Of a DNA stretch of 64,000 nt, positions 1 through 13,933 are shown one piece after another. Every line of letters begins with the position of its first letter. Within the stretch, counting starts at the first letter, position 1. The DNA is from Diadema antillarum. Its lineage: Eukaryota. The notes under the pieces are model-generated. The model was not told the origin of the DNA. It searched no databases and worked only from the letters and a program-made list of their open reading frames with translations. Position numbers and translations under genes: made by a program. The stretch covers positions 310,001 through 374,000 of the forward strand of contig NW_027271177.1 of assembly GCF_040938485.1 (NCBI RefSeq), read 5' to 3'.

Positions 1-1032
1 GAGTAAACAAAACGAAACTGACTCACTCGGTTGAGAGATGATTGCGATGATGATGCTGATGTCCACCACAATGGCAGCGGATCATTACGACCCGAAGATC
101 GAGAACGATGTTCTGCCACTCGTCCAGGGAAGCAAGACAATGATATAAATTTTGTCTCACATCAGGGCTCGCGGACTCCAGGCGTTGAAGTACGCGCCTC
201 ACACTTTTCTCTACACATTAATTTCAGACGAAGATACCGCGCACACACAGTGTACACTTAAGGGTGCTTCAAACAAGCAATCTAGTATGCATCACTTGAC
301 CTCTTCGGTAGGCACCATAACTTACATCCAATCCTCCTCATTTGGTTGTATGGAAATAAACCTTGGGAATCAATTTTGTGTAGGAAATTGCTGTGAAAGT
401 GTTATAACCTGACAATAATATGTTCTTGTTCCCCCGACTCTCAAAACAAAAACAATCATTGTTTATTGAAGGTACTTGGCGTAGGCATGAAACTCGATTA
501 TGCATTGTTTCAGTTCGAGACCTTGTACATTGTTACATGTACCTGTTTCTGGTCCCCAACAATTTATATTAAATGATTGGCTGATAATTATGCGAACCGT
601 ATAAGAATAAATGATTACTGAAACTCTTAATTGGTCACTCATTAGTTTGTTTACTTGTTTGTTTGTTTTTATTCTCCTTCCCCATCTCGGAATATCGCTC
701 TTGAACAAGATCTGATTTGTATATGGTAACTTAATGTTCTGCCTTTTTTTTGTTCTTTTCTACAATTCCTCTACATTGTTCAGTGATTGTGTTATTCTAA
801 TCAAGTTGATTGTTGTAAATAGTGTGATTCTGTATAATTTTTAAATAAAACATAAATAAAAGAAGAATAGATGATTAGTAAAACCATTAAGAGAAGACGA
901 AGCAAAAAAAATCAATAAAAACTCTTTGTTTTTGTTGTTGTTGTCTGTCAGTTTTTGATAGAAAAAATTACTTATACACGTGTAGAATAATATATATATA
1001 TATAAGCTGGAAATTGTTTTATGAATACATTG

Positions 1033-1062
1033 TATATATATATATATACATTGTATATATAT

Positions 1063-1116
<54 letters not shown>
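1033..1116. repeat. (TA)n microsatellite; others at 7516-7578, 7829-7905, 57625-57690, 57830-57871
   Basis: Read directly. A roughly 70-bp direct duplication adjoins the array at 7900-8040. Confidence 0.95.
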
Positions 1117-1118
<2 letters not shown>

Positions 1119-1321
1119 CTTAACAGGAAATGGAAAACATAACTAACGAATACAATGACAACTTGAACCGGTGATCTATCACTTGGTCTACTCCTATACC
1201 TCAATAGCCATTTACTCTCAACCAACATGGTTTAATCCTGTTCCATGAAGAATTCAATGTTTATTTGATGAAAATTGGTTTTGAAATGGTTGAGATATCC
1301 AAAACAGAGCGATTCTGATAA

Positions 1322-1545
1322 AGTGTGGGACCCACACTTTATTACGATTGCTTTGTTTTACTTTGTTTTTGGATGTTTGAGCCATTCCAAATCCAATTTT
1401 CGTTAAACTTTGAATTCCTCTTAGAATTGTATCCTCTGTACTATTTCATAAATGTTTTCTTGGTATCTCGCAAAAAGTTATAGGCCCAATTCTCATCTCC
1501 ACCAATACTGTACCCCAGCCCTCTAAAATATTAGTCGCAGGCCCT
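1322..1545 (+). repeat. Interspersed repeat; second copy at about 22570-22790
   Basis: Shared GTGGGACC..TTTTATTACGATTGCTTT.TTTTACTTTGTTTTTGGATGT..AGCCATTCCAAA through CCACCAATACTGTACC. Confidence 0.7.
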
Positions 1546-2454
1546 CTAACTTGTTATGATGTTTTTGAAAACAACATACCGCCATGCCATCTTTTGTATT
1601 TTGATTACGAAACACTTCATACTCGGGCTATGATCAGTATTATCGTAAGACGGACAAACAACATCATCATATCCAGTTTGTTTCATCTAAGCCGAGCATA
1701 AAGCAGAAACCACTGATTACTGAACGACCTCTTGCTTACCCATACACGGGGAATATTTTAGCGGGCGAGGAAGACAGGACAAAATCTCCTTAATTATGCC
1801 GCACCGACAAGCTTGCATTGGCTTGTGATCAGTACTTATCATATTATATGCAGAGTTTATTATCGTGCATTACTTTGCAGATGTACCACTCGTTGTCGTT
1901 GATGTCGTTTGAAATGCACCTTTTACGCACTTTACATTCTTCCACTTGAAAATTCCCCCTTCCATAGTCAGTGTAGAGGTCCTCCACACGGAGAAGAGTT
2001 GATTAATGGATCTGATCGATTATCTGTCTTGAATGGTTCAGTCCTACCTAATAACCGTGCTTCACAAACAGAGTTCAGATTTATGGGGACTGTGACTTGA
2101 CATAAAGTTTACACAGGTACTCTCCGCTGTGATTTTTGGTCTTGTTGGCAATGTCGAAAGTTTATGACGTGAGGGTAGCCAAACCTGGCCACGTATATTA
2201 GCATAGATAGTTAAAAAAAGTAAAAAGAATGGGAAAAAGAATGAGAGATGTAAAGTGAAGACAGAAAAAAAAGAATTAAAGCAGAGAAAGAGAGAGAGAG
2301 AGAGAGGGAGGGAGAGGGAGGGAGAGACAGACAGACAGACAGCCATAAAAAGAGAGATTCACAGCAGAATGACAGAAAGAGAAAGTGATCGAATTACAAA
2401 CCAGTCGTGGCAGTATTGGTAGCATATAGTTTGAAGTGTATGAGCAAATCAACA

Positions 2455-3080
2455 GGTGTACGTCACGAGTTTGACACTCACGAATCATGCAGCCCACGAG
2501 CTAGAGGGCGCCTATACAGCCCACGAGTCATACAGCCCACGGGTCACACAGCCCATGAGTTTGACACTAAGTAAATAAGGCCCATGAGTCCGACACAAGG
2601 AAAACAAGGCCCATGAATTCGACATTAAGCAAATAAGGCCCATGTGTTTGACACCACGCAAGCAAGGCCCATGAGACCAACGCACTAAGCCCAGTGACGT
2701 AATGTCGGTCTCGTAGGCTGTTTTTGTCTGGTGTCGAACTCCTGGGTGCCGTTGCATAAAACTTTTTTAGCAACCTTAAAAAATTCAGGTTGGGATTTGC
2801 CCAACCTGAATTTTTTAAGGTTGCTAACCTAAGAATGTAAAATCCGTTGCATAAAAACTCTGATTGGGAGCTTCCAACCGGAATTTTGTGATTTCAACTG
2901 GAAAAAAAAAATCCGGTTGGAGTTTTATGCAACAGGCCCCTGGGCCTTGTTCGTCTAGTGTCAGACTCATGGACTGTATGACTCGTGGGTTGTATGACTC
3001 ATTGACCTTTTTTTTTCAATGTCGAATTCGTGGGCTGTATTACTCGTAGGCTGTATGACCCTGACGTCTCGTGGAATGAC
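2455..3080. mobile_element. Fold-back element with subterminal tandem repeats, carrying a nested MITE
   Basis: ATACAGCCCACGAGTC-like repeats on the left and inverted GACTCGTGGGCTGTAT-like repeats on the right; about 30-bp AAGGCCCATGAG... units at 2577-2680. Boundaries are approximate. Confidence 0.7.
2745..2939. mobile_element. PIF/Harbinger-like MITE with CTG target-site duplication
   Basis: TIRs GGTGCCGTTGCATAAAACT / AGTTTTATGCAACAGGCCC with CTG on both flanks; internal perfect 28-bp hairpin at 2767-2827. Confidence 0.75.
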
Positions 3081-4582
3081 CCCAAATCAACAACTTCAGT
3101 GGTGAAAATTGCTAACAGGCAATAACACAAACGAAACTGATTTTCAAAATGTTTTTGTTATAAGAAAAGAGGGAAAACTTGATGTTTGAAACTAAAAGTT
3201 TACTGATGATATCGTTTAAAAGGGGAGAGTGTTCAAGACGATATAGAAACTACACGATGTAGCCAACGAAGAAACCAATGACAGGAATAGCAAAGACAAA
3301 ATGTGTTCAACTTCAAAAGCAAAAGGAAAACAACGTGCTCGATGGACTTAAGTATTACATACCATTTGGTTGACAATATACCGTGTTTCGATTATAATGA
3401 CCTCTTTTTTCTTTTAGGGGTTAAAGGAACCAAAGACCATGTCTAGAAAGATAACCAGAGACAATGTCTAGATCGCGAATTTTCCAGCAAACTTGCCCAA
3501 TTAAAAAAGAAACAGCTAATGACTAAAGATACGATGACGTCCCGAAGCTAGTTGAGACAACGCGGAGCAGTTGTTTAAATCCCTTTACCTATAAAGTAAC
3601 GATGGCTTATTTTCTATCCAGTAACCATGAGATCCATCGCCAAACTTGCGAATATTTAGCGAATGAACACGATTTAAACAGCATCGATGAAACATTGGAG
3701 AGAAATGGTAGTTGAATAACACATCTAACGTCTGTTTGTGATGTTTGGCTATAATTATCCCCTTTACGATACAAATTCACCTTCATTAACTTTGCTCTGA
3801 TGTTATTCGGATAAACAGTTCTACGTGACAATATTACAGTCACACCATACCATGTAACTGATATTAGAAGGTTCATGATTTCCTTCATTTTCTTTCACTT
3901 TTTGTATCAATGTGCAAAACATTGGAAAGCCAAGAAACACGGATGTCGGAAAACTGGAGACAAGACTTTTCGTTTCGTTTGTCGGTGTTGGAGAAAGATC
4001 GATGTTAGAAAAGTATGACTTTCATAATGACATGAGTATGAGCCTACAGTACTGGTTCAAAGCGCTCTCGCCTTGTCGCGAGTTTCTGATACCCAATACA
4101 TTGGCTGAGACCACAAATAATCATACAGCCGCATTCAAATAGACACTCGGAAAACAAACAAATAAACAATCACCCACGAGTAGCCAAACCACAGTTACCA
4201 CATCACCAACAACATAACAAACTACCAGACAACTAAGAAAGATACATTCCGTCCATTGCCCAGAAAAGGGCCTAACGGACTTTCTCTTTTCTATACAATA
4301 CCGAAAGTAAACGGACTGTAACTCCTATGTGACTCGGGTCCTCACAGTAGAACCAAGAATATATAAATGATTTCCGAAATGGATCGGATTAAAAATAACG
4401 TGGCTTCCGACGCTTCCTTTTATTTACAACAACACTCATATTAGCTTCTTTCGTTTTTGTCCCTCAACAAGTTAGTAATATGAGCTTGCAAGTTAGAAGA
4501 AATGAAAAACACTCATATATTAGATTCATCAAAGTTAATATCGGGGGGGGGGGGGGGTGTAACCAGAGGGAACAGCAAAAGA

Positions 4583-4690
4583 ATCGAAAGGACACTGACC
4601 AAGAAAGATGTACACAAGTACTCATTCTTCCACAGGACAGCAGTGGATTGGAACCTACGTGATGAGGAAACAGTCATGTCTACCTACTAG
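4583..4690 (+). mobile_element. Short 3'-end remnant of the same LINE class
   Basis: TKKDVHKYSFFHRTAVDWN resembles the terminal 'KYSFFPRTIRDWN' motif of these LINEs. Confidence 0.6.
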
Positions 4691-5141
4691 TCTTCAAACA
4701 GAGACTCTAGAAGGGAAAACACCTCTCCTGCCCTAGAATCAAAATGTCATAACTTTAATAACAGCATTCTTTCCAAAATGGTCATTATGTACGATTTTCG
4801 TACAGTGGCGAACTGATGAAAACGAGAAAAAGTTACCCATGACCATGAAGAAAAGAAAATTTCGTTTTAACCACCATGCAGAAACTAAATACTGTAATTA
4901 CACTGATGTATTAAAATACAAGAGCAGTGAATCATTTCTGACAAGTGGGGGCTGTCGAACAAAGCTTCCTGAACATGTGTCGAATGATATTCCATTATTG
5001 AGTTTGATTTACCACATTATATGGACGAAATATTTGTCAATGTTTGTAAGATTGGAAGCAACTTTGATGCATCTGATTTCTAGACACGGAATGAAAGGGA
5101 TTGAATGAGCTCAGCTTACTTCTTTCGCTTACTACACTTCC

Positions 5142-5143
<2 letters not shown>

Positions 5144-5183
<40 letters not shown>
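5144..5183. repeat. (CA)n microsatellite; others at about 9550-9620, 18800-18828 and (TG)n at 48684-48750
   Basis: Read directly. Confidence 0.95.
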
Positions 5184-5187
<4 letters not shown>

Positions 5188-5228
5188 CTTTAGTAGGGGG
5201 ATGCGGGGTAAATTGAGCATAGGGGTAA

Positions 5229-5705
5229 GTTGAGCCGGGTGCTGTTCGTTATTCCGAAGGTTCGTTATTCCGTCCGAAGGTTCGTTAATCCGAATCACAC
5301 AAATTCCCTATACCTAGAGGTTCGTTAATCCGAAAATGAAAAAGGGTTCGTTTATCCGAACATTTGTGGCGTTATTCCGAAGATTCGTTATTTCGAAGGT
5401 TCGTTAATCTAAAAATGAAATATGGTTCGCTATTCCGAAGGTTCGTTGATCCGAAGTGATATAGGGTCCGTAACGAGCCTTCGGAACAACGAGCTTTGTT
5501 TCATTTTCGGATTAACGAACCTTAGGAATAACGAACCTTATTTCATTTTCAGATTAATGAACCTTCGGAATAAGAGACCTCATCACATTTTCGGATTAAC
5601 GAACCTTCGGAATCGACTCTTCGATATAACGAACCTTCGGAATAACGACCCTTCGGACAAAAGAATCTTCGGAATAACGAACCTTCGGAATAACGAGCTG
5701 TAACC
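5229..5705. mobile_element. Fold-back element built from 16-bp TTCGTTATTCCGAAGG repeats
   Basis: Many direct copies on the left (5245-5450) and inverted copies (CCTTCGGAATAACGAA) on the right (5470-5700). Confidence 0.75.
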
Positions 5706-7514
5706 AGTTGAGGCACCACTTCTGCACACAGACGTGCACATTTACTTCAGCTCAAATCAAGCCAAATTCTAAAAGCATTACAACGTTGTTGAGGGTATGG
5801 AGCGAAATGCAATTCTAAACATGACCAGGGAGTGTATTATACACAATAGCGGCACAAATAGCAGCAATGAATATAACTGTCTTCTTTTTATATTTGATAT
5901 AATTAATTACAAATTTGATAAAAAAATGATATTTCTTCACTTTATATCACTCGCACGTCTCGCAGTTTATTCATCGTCTCTCCATTTATAAACATCGCGT
6001 TGTTTAGTCACAGCGTTTGAAACAAATTACACGCTGACCACGCTTTATTCTGATAGCCGAGGAACCAAGCCCCGGGTATGACTTGTCCTCCACACACAAA
6101 AAGTGCACTGTCCAGTTGAAAATAATTGTAACCAACTGTAAACAGTCCACTGGATATGAAATGGAGCCATATATTGAAGGCGTCTTCATCAATCATTCCA
6201 TACGGTCAATTGAACACAACGATTCTCCCGGCTATCTCGTACCTTGGAATATTACAGTAATATAATAAACAATCTCTCTCTCTCTCTCATCCCCAACTGG
6301 CCATGGTTTACTCTTCCCTATTCACAAGCATAAAAATAGAAGGCGTTGTCGACGAATTTCTGTTCATGGCAACTTATCGACAAATTGCCCTGAAATTCAT
6401 TCATCTGAATGAATTTTTGTTCACTTAGAACAGAAGAACGTAAACATGCAGACATAACTAATACTCAGGTATTAACACAATGTACACTAAGCAAAACAAA
6501 AAGCAAACATATTTGTCAAATTCTTTTTTTTCTATGCAAGACCGAAATACAAATGAATAAAGAATACAGTGTATATAAAATCAAAGGAAGTTAAGTTGTA
6601 TATCAACGTGGTAGATAAACACAAATACGCATGGGTGAACATGCACAATATTAGTTATTTCTCTATTCCAGTCTGCAAAAGTAATTACAAAATTGCGCTA
6701 AAATACAATTAAGCAAAGAAAACTGAAATTCTGCCATTATTGCACAATAATGAGTAAAATAAGACATGAAACACGTTTGATTACATATTTAAAGAAAAAT
6801 ACTACTCATATTAATATGAGTAGTACTCTACTAATATTTCTTTACTGTATCTTTCTTTTCATTTTTTTTTCTTTCAATATTTTGTTGGTCACAATAGCTG
6901 TCAGTCAGTGCTGTACAGCGATGACGTATGCTGTACATTACCCGGTGCCCTCTCTAGATTTGCGGGAAGTTCCCACACCCTGTAGTCAGCTACCGATACA
7001 GGATCTTTTCCTGGTACCCAATACTTGTTCGCCCATTTGGCCTCCGACAGAAAGGAAAGGTATCTTGAATTACGTTCTGTTAATATCTAGCCTTCGATTT
7101 CAGGAATAAAAAGTGAATAAATTTGACACTTTCCCCTTATGACAACCGTGAACAGAACCCATCTGAAGTTCGATTTATCAGAATCTTCTCTCTTTCTATC
7201 TTGTACACATTTTGTATGTTTTTTTTTCTCGCGGGGAGGGGGGGGGGGGGGGCGGGGTGTGAGAGAGAGGACAGCGACGGCTCAATCATGAAGTGTAATC
7301 AACGCTGTCTCTCTCGTTCAAAACAATTGTGTAAGCTTTGGTTTTCTTTTATTATTAGGTGGAAAGTACATTAACACATCAATGGCAGGTTTCCTATTAT
7401 ATTTGTTGCAATTTTTACTTTTGCACCTTGACAGAGAAAACAAACGTGTTCATACAGTACATGCATACGATTGAATTTTATGCTACCCTTTACAGTTTGT
7501 TGTCTCTTCCTTAC

Positions 7515-7580
<66 letters not shown>

Positions 7581-7631
7581 TTGTCCACGTGTTGGTGTAA
7601 TAATATCATCAAAAATAAAACTTAAACCAAG

Positions 7632-7793
7632 TTCATGCTGTAATCACCAACAGTTTATTTCGGCACACAAATTTTCGATCGATTCGCTCTCTCAAGAACA
7701 CTTGAGATTTGCCCTTCCTAAAGAACACTTGGGAAAAACGAATCTCTCGAAAATTTGTGTGCCGAAATAAACTGTTGGTGATTACAGCATGAA
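7632..7793. mobile_element. MITE with perfect 47-bp terminal inverted repeats
   Basis: 7632-7678 is the exact reverse complement of 7747-7793. Confidence 0.8.
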
Positions 7794-7826
7794 TTTGCTT
7801 TCAGTTATATTCATATAATCTATATG

Positions 7827-7905
<79 letters not shown>

Positions 7906-8895
7906 GGATATTATATAATAACATGTATTATAAATAGATGTATCTAACTTGGATATAATCATATATATATATATATGGATATTATATAATAACATGTATT
8001 ATAAATAGATGTATCTAACTTGGATATAATCATATATATACATATATATATACACACACACACATATGATATATATATATACATGTATATGAAACTGAGC
8101 GTTGGATTGTACAAAAAGTCTACAATTCATAACCTGTTCCCTGTTGTTTTTGCTTCGCTTGATTTACTCTATGCTTGGATTTGATTTTGTGCTAGCAATA
8201 CATGTAGTATGTATCACCTATGCACCCCATGGAAGACTAGCACCATCACGTTGACAAAGCTGAATATGAACAACACTGTTTTATACGAAAATGAATACAA
8301 CTGCTGCTGCTGCTGCTACTACTACTACTACATACTACTATTACTACCACTAGTACAATTCAGTTGAGATGGGAGCGGAAAGCCTTTCATATTGGAAACC
8401 TAATCTAGGCCATTTTAAAACTGAAAGGTGAGGTTGCACTGCATCCTGTGTGCATATTGATGTGTATTGACTTTGCATCTCATGAATTCTCTCTCGATCA
8501 TGGTTGACACACACCACAATATTATAGATCTTAATCCTGTTCATGTAAATTCCTATAGCTGCTATAATATCTGTAACAAACTGTACGGTTAATATGTACA
8601 ACGGCAAGTTTTCAGTTGATTTATCTCCAGTGACCTGATTGAGTGAAGTTAGATACATGTACATGCATGTCATCATGTGAGATTAGAATCACCCGCTTTC
8701 CAGGTCCATTTTGACTGTACGGTTTACAAACAGTGGCAACTAAGAGAAGGGACGAGCCGCCTTGATATGAAATGAAGCTTGCGGTGATTAACGAGCGATA
8801 TAATCTTCTAATTAGTTATCCTACATTTGAATTCATTAGTTTTAGATAATATCCATGAATAATTTCGGATGACAATCAATAGTGACTTGCAATTC

Positions 8896-9364
8896 AGTAT
8901 ATGAATATAAGAACGACCCAAGTCCATGGAAGACCATTTCGAGTAAACTAAAAAAAAATTCATATCTTTTTTGTTTGTCCAATAATATTCTATTTAACTG
9001 TGATGGGAAGGCAACATTGTATATACAAATTAGAACATATATTATTATGACAATTCACATTAACATTAATTGTGGAGAGGCCATTTTGTGTGATGGACTT
9101 GGGTCGTTCTTTGATTCATATACATGATATTCTGCTATAGAGATGAGAGGACGAGAGAGGGCGCTATAATATGAATGTAAGAATGACCCAAGTCCTTCAT
9201 TCTTACATTCATATAAGATTTAACTCATTTATTTCAGGCACTTCCGGGGGTAATTAGGATTTATCATTTATACACAAGATGAGTCCATGCATAAGCTACA
9301 ATTTCCCATGTCAAACTGAATTTGGTCAAAAATTGGACTTGGGTCGTTCTTATATTCATATACT
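8896..9364. mobile_element. Composite (head-to-tail dimer) MITE
   Basis: Perfect 31-bp outer TIRs (8896-8926 / 9334-9364), plus degenerate inner TIR copies at about 9094-9123 and 9168-9197. Confidence 0.7.
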
Positions 9365-10077
9365 CAATTGTGCAAGCATTTTTTTTCAACATACAGAAGA
9401 GCATTTCATGCACGCATATCTTGAGCTACACTGTATTATGACACTCGTACACAGTGCAAGACGAATATTTGTTCAAGTCTACTTTTGTATAAATTTTAAA
9501 CAGTACAAAACATTTAAACACAAACACACAGACATAGAGAGATACAGACACACACTACACACACGCGCACACACACACACTTACACACACACACACACAC
9601 ACACACACTCACTCACACATAATAATGTTGGTGTAAAGCCGAGATTGTGAAAAATAGTATCTGCAACACAAGGTCAGACTGTCACGAATTGAGGAAAACA
9701 GGAACAAAAACTCCTGCTATCAAACAGCCAATATGCTTGAAAATAAAATATCGGTCTCATTTAGTGTCAACGCATCTGCAGACATCGCTAATGCATCGGA
9801 AGGGGCATTGTGCAACATGACAAAGAACTTTTCATGTTTTATTTTTTGTTTTGTTTTCTCGATGGGAAGAAAAGTGGGGATGGTGATTCGGTATTACTTT
9901 CCCCCTATAAAAGTGCCAATGCAGTATTCGACTTCAGAATTATCTGTCATACGCACCACCTAAGTTACTCTTGCTTAATAATACGCACAGAGAATGATGA
10001 AACAAACAAACAAACAAACAAACAAACAATAACCCTCACACAAAAAGAGATATAGCGAGTCGTATGATATAATAGTA

Positions 10078-10249
10078 CAGAGTATTCCTGTTTTTATGAA
10101 CACAGTTAGAACGAAACGAAGTAAAAATTCAGGTCCAAATATCATCATGTAATCTCTTTGTATACTTTACTGTTCGGTTATAACGAAATTTTGATATAAG
10201 AAAAGAAAACTGCTGGTACCGAGGACTGCGTTATAACCGGAGTCCACTG
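10078..10249. mobile_element. Tc1/pogo-like MITE family member (TA|CAG...CTG|TA)
   Basis: TA-flanked imperfect TIRs and internal AGAAAACTGCTGG motif. Other copies at 13995-14179 (opposite orientation), 34249-34444, and partial copies at 27767-27910 and 35788-35860. Confidence 0.7.
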
Positions 10250-11817
10250 TACGGGAAATCAGGCAAACTTGAATAAATTGAAATATTTTGAGACCTGGAA
10301 ATTGTATTTCTCATATTAGAGTCTGTTGTGTCATGTAACACAATCTATAAACAAATTTGGAGATACAGAAAAACATGTACTTTATGGGGACCTAAGAAAG
10401 AGTTATTTGTTATATCTGATGCTTCTTATGATCACATCTCTTTATACAGAATTATCAGGATATCAATACTGCCACATTTTCAAAAAAAGAACAAGAAGAA
10501 GAAAACAGAAGATCATGTTGATCAAAAGCTTGTTTATATGGAGAGCCAATGAATTTTGGAAGACGTGAGTAAGTGCATCTCTTTACAAGAGGCATACGTG
10601 CATATGTGTCTATGGTCTTTTTATTTGCACTATCACGGAGATCCCCTCCCATAAAAAACAAACAAACAAACAAACAACCAACCAACCAAACAAACGAACA
10701 AACAAACAACAACATCAGCAACCCCATAAGAAAACAAAAACAAAACATATCAAACACAAAGTAAAAGTAAAACAAGTAAATGAATGGAACAGTGCTAGGT
10801 AACTTAGTCTGATGCTGGCAAAATTTTGATAATGATACCTTTCAAGACATTTATATAATATGCAGGTTAGAGTTATTAAAATTCAATACGTCTTTTGGCA
10901 TACTACATTTCCTTTTTTTTTCGTGTGAATCATTATCATCATGGAACATAATGTGATCAACATTTTTACAGAAACAAACATTTCACAGATGCCAGTGTCT
11001 TGTTCCAATATCATTTGGCAAAATAATATCTACATTTCTTAAAGTGCACAGTTCATTATGTCGCAATCATCACGTCCAGTATAAATAAAAAGTGTCCACT
11101 GTTCTTGAATGGAAGACACTCTGTGATTAACAACGACATGATAAAACATGAGAGATGATAAAAATAACTCTACATTTATATGACTCAAAGAATTGTATAA
11201 TCTAATAACAAAGCACAAGTATGTAAAAAAAAATTCAATACATAATAGAGGATACAAAATACATTTCTGAATGCATATATAAAAGAAAACAGGATGTTAA
11301 CCACCAGAGCAACTCCAATGAAGGGATTATCAGATTAAGCTGAAAATATGCATGCTCTATTAACTCTGTAAATGATAAATGCCACCTTTCAATGCAGCAC
11401 CATCATTCTTTCTAAAGTTAATGGAGTTGAAAGTGAAGCATATAGACAGGGTTTTTAAGAAATGAAAAGAAGACTCTAGGAAAAAAAACACCTAATTACA
11501 CTATTCCACCAAAAAGTGTTCAAGAAAAACTACTAAAAGTACAAGTTCCTGTTTGTTTTATGATCCCAAACTTTAGAATAATGTAGAAGATGACTTGCTT
11601 TTTCAGAAAATATGAAAAACTCAAGATTGGTTGGGTTGACCCACTTCAACTTTTTCAGTCTTAACACAAAATCAGTGCATGCGACTTTTTGTTTGTTTTG
11701 TGATGCACGGTCACATATTAAGTTTGGACTGATCTGGGAAAATGATTCAAATTCATTTTTGGCTTGAACTGATAAAAGTTTGCAGCAAGAGAGCATTATA
11801 TGAATCCCTCTTCCCTT

Positions 11818-11898
11818 TCAGCTGATATCTGGCTTTTTGCTGCTCCAGGCACATTCCTTGTTGGCTTTCCAGCATCCCTCATCCCCAGCATACATCTC
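11818..11898 (-). CDS. MOCS2: MOCS2B last coding exon (gene exon 6)
   Basis: ctttgcag acceptor then EMYAGDEGCWKANKEC AWSSKKPDIS*, matching the eukaryotic MOCS2B 'E.Y....WK.NKEC' C-terminus. Confidence 0.93.
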   Translation of the reverse strand, partial: EMYAGDEGCWKANKECAWSSKKPDIS

Positions 11899-12056
11899 CT
11901 GCAAAGTGTGGGAGCAGCAAAATGCAATACATGGGACGGTGTATTCAGATGGTGTTAACAGACAGTACATGAGTGTGAAGGAATTGCATCTAAATTTGGA
12001 GAAGAAACATTCACATTTGAATAAACTACAGTTTCATACCTTGTGTCAAAGCAATA

Positions 12057-12589
12057 CTGTATACGCTATATATTTCGCGGGGGTTTTATTTTCGCGAATT
12101 TCGCGAGTCGGGAGCTATTCGCGAATTTAACAACACGCGAAAATATTACCTTCCAAAATGAATCCCTTGCCTTGATGATACGAAAATTTCAGTACTAGTA
12201 GTATACCATGTCATGGCTTACCGAACAGACCATATACTGTACTGGCTAAGCTTCTTTACGTACATATAGCACGTCCACGTCTACTTACGAATACTGTAGA
12301 GAGCCAATCCATTATTGCAAGGGGACCACTCGTCAGAAATCTAGCGTGATGGACTTAACCACTTCAAAAATGTTGAATTCTAACTTACTAGTTCGCAGAG
12401 TTTGGTAAGTTTTTTTCATGCAGTGTATAACTAGTATCATTCTTATTTGCTAGTAAGTTGAAAAGTCACACTTTCTTTGCCACTTCATATTTTCTCTGGT
12501 CCCCCAATCGCGAATTTAACCACTCGCGAAAATGTGTGACAGCGGCAATTCGCGAAAATTTATGTACGCGAAAATTATAGCGTATACAG
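12057..12589. mobile_element. Tc1/mariner-like MITE (TA TSD) in the last MOCS2 intron
   Basis: TA|CTGTATACGCTATA ... TATAGCGTATACAG|TA, with subterminal TTCGCGAAAAT repeats at both ends. Confidence 0.8.
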
Positions 12590-13809
12590 TATGACAAACA
12601 ATAACTCATTACCTCTCATTATATGTATACATGGATGTCTACACTCATGATAATCCATTCAACCAAAACAAGCATGCTCAAGCCTTAGGCCCCGCATCAT
12701 ACACTCATAACAAGCAGAGAATGATCGTTCAAAATATTATATGTACTATGAACACAAGATGGCGCTCTATCACTAGCCAGTGCCACCACAAAAGCACTGA
12801 CAGCCATGTAGGTTGTCAAAAGAGAACTGGAGTGACACCAGTCCCACTGGCCTCGGAACATGTTTGAAGTTAGGGCTTCATAAGTTAACATGACAAAAAC
12901 ATGGTTTTATAGCTAAGCATCCTTGCATCCAAGATAGCAAATTCATGCAGTGTGTTTGAGGAAAAACTCTTGCCACACAAACCTAACGATATTAAAGATA
13001 ACCTCACTTTATTCGTCTTGGATTTGCTACACAGATTTTACACTCAGTTACAAAGATACAAGAGCAAAACTTGTGAGCTTTGAAGATGGCAACATTCATA
13101 GGGAAAATTCCACAAAACTCTTTCTTCTCATCACATTATGATATCATCATAACATATTTGTTTGGACACCCAACTGACAGTGTGAACAATAGTCAGCCAG
13201 ATCAACATGTATCAGTAGAATTGACCACCTCTCTTCTAATCTTCACAGATTTCAGCATACAATTCAGGTCATCCTTGACCGTTCAACTCCTACATCTTCT
13301 TCATGCGACCTTAACTCTGATCCCACACATAACCTCTCAACAAGCACATGCTGAGCGATCCAGTGCATTTAAATTGTCATCCGCACTCAGGAAAATGCAA
13401 ACAGAATTTTGGCAATGTCTTCTATGTGATAAGGCCAATTCCAAAGACTAGATCATTTTCTATGTAACTTTAATCAGTTACTAATGAACAACAATCACAG
13501 CACATGTAACAAAGGAGCAGGAATTATGTAACATTATTAGTTTCAATGGCACATCAATCTCAGTACATGTAATAATGGACCAGGAATGATATTGTAACTT
13601 TGTCAGCCCCTACAGCACAACAATCACAGTAGATGTACCGGTAGTTATCTCTTATACAGTACTTTTCTACCAAGTCATGGAACTCGAAGCTCTCTCCAAC
13701 ATACTCTGATCACAGTAACTGGAAGTGATAGTGCCACCCACAGAAAGCCTGTATAACACATGAATTGTAACCTTAACTATAACGGCTCCAGCCCATCAAA
13801 TGCTCTCAC

Positions 13810-13933
13810 CTTTTTCCAGATTGGTACGACTGCCTTGAGTTGGTCAATGCAATACTGGACGGCTTCCAGGGACTCTCTCCTGTGAGCAGATGACACAGCA
13901 ATGATCACACTGCTTTCTGTCACTGGAACATGT
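13810..13933 (-). CDS. MOCS2: MOCS2B exon (gene exon 5)
   Basis: [41 protein letters not shown] (inside ORF 13777..13959), with MoaE SSAHR and PIWKK motifs; tttcag acceptor, GTGAGA donor. Confidence 0.97.

Noticed and set aside
2577-2680. Regularly spaced short repeats resembling a CRISPR array (also 5229-5705)
   Set aside because: Eukaryotic context, degenerate repeats arranged as inverted arms, no unique spacers and no cas genes; these are subterminal repeats of fold-back transposons.
7359-7995. ORFs rich in YI/IY, HT or CV repeats here and elsewhere
   Set aside because: Translations of (TA)n and (CA)n microsatellites; ORFs with X runs span assembly gaps.
11700-11820. MOCS2B-MBIP fusion as in Drosophila
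   Set aside because: MOCS2B stops at KKPDIS*; no C-terminal extension is visible.
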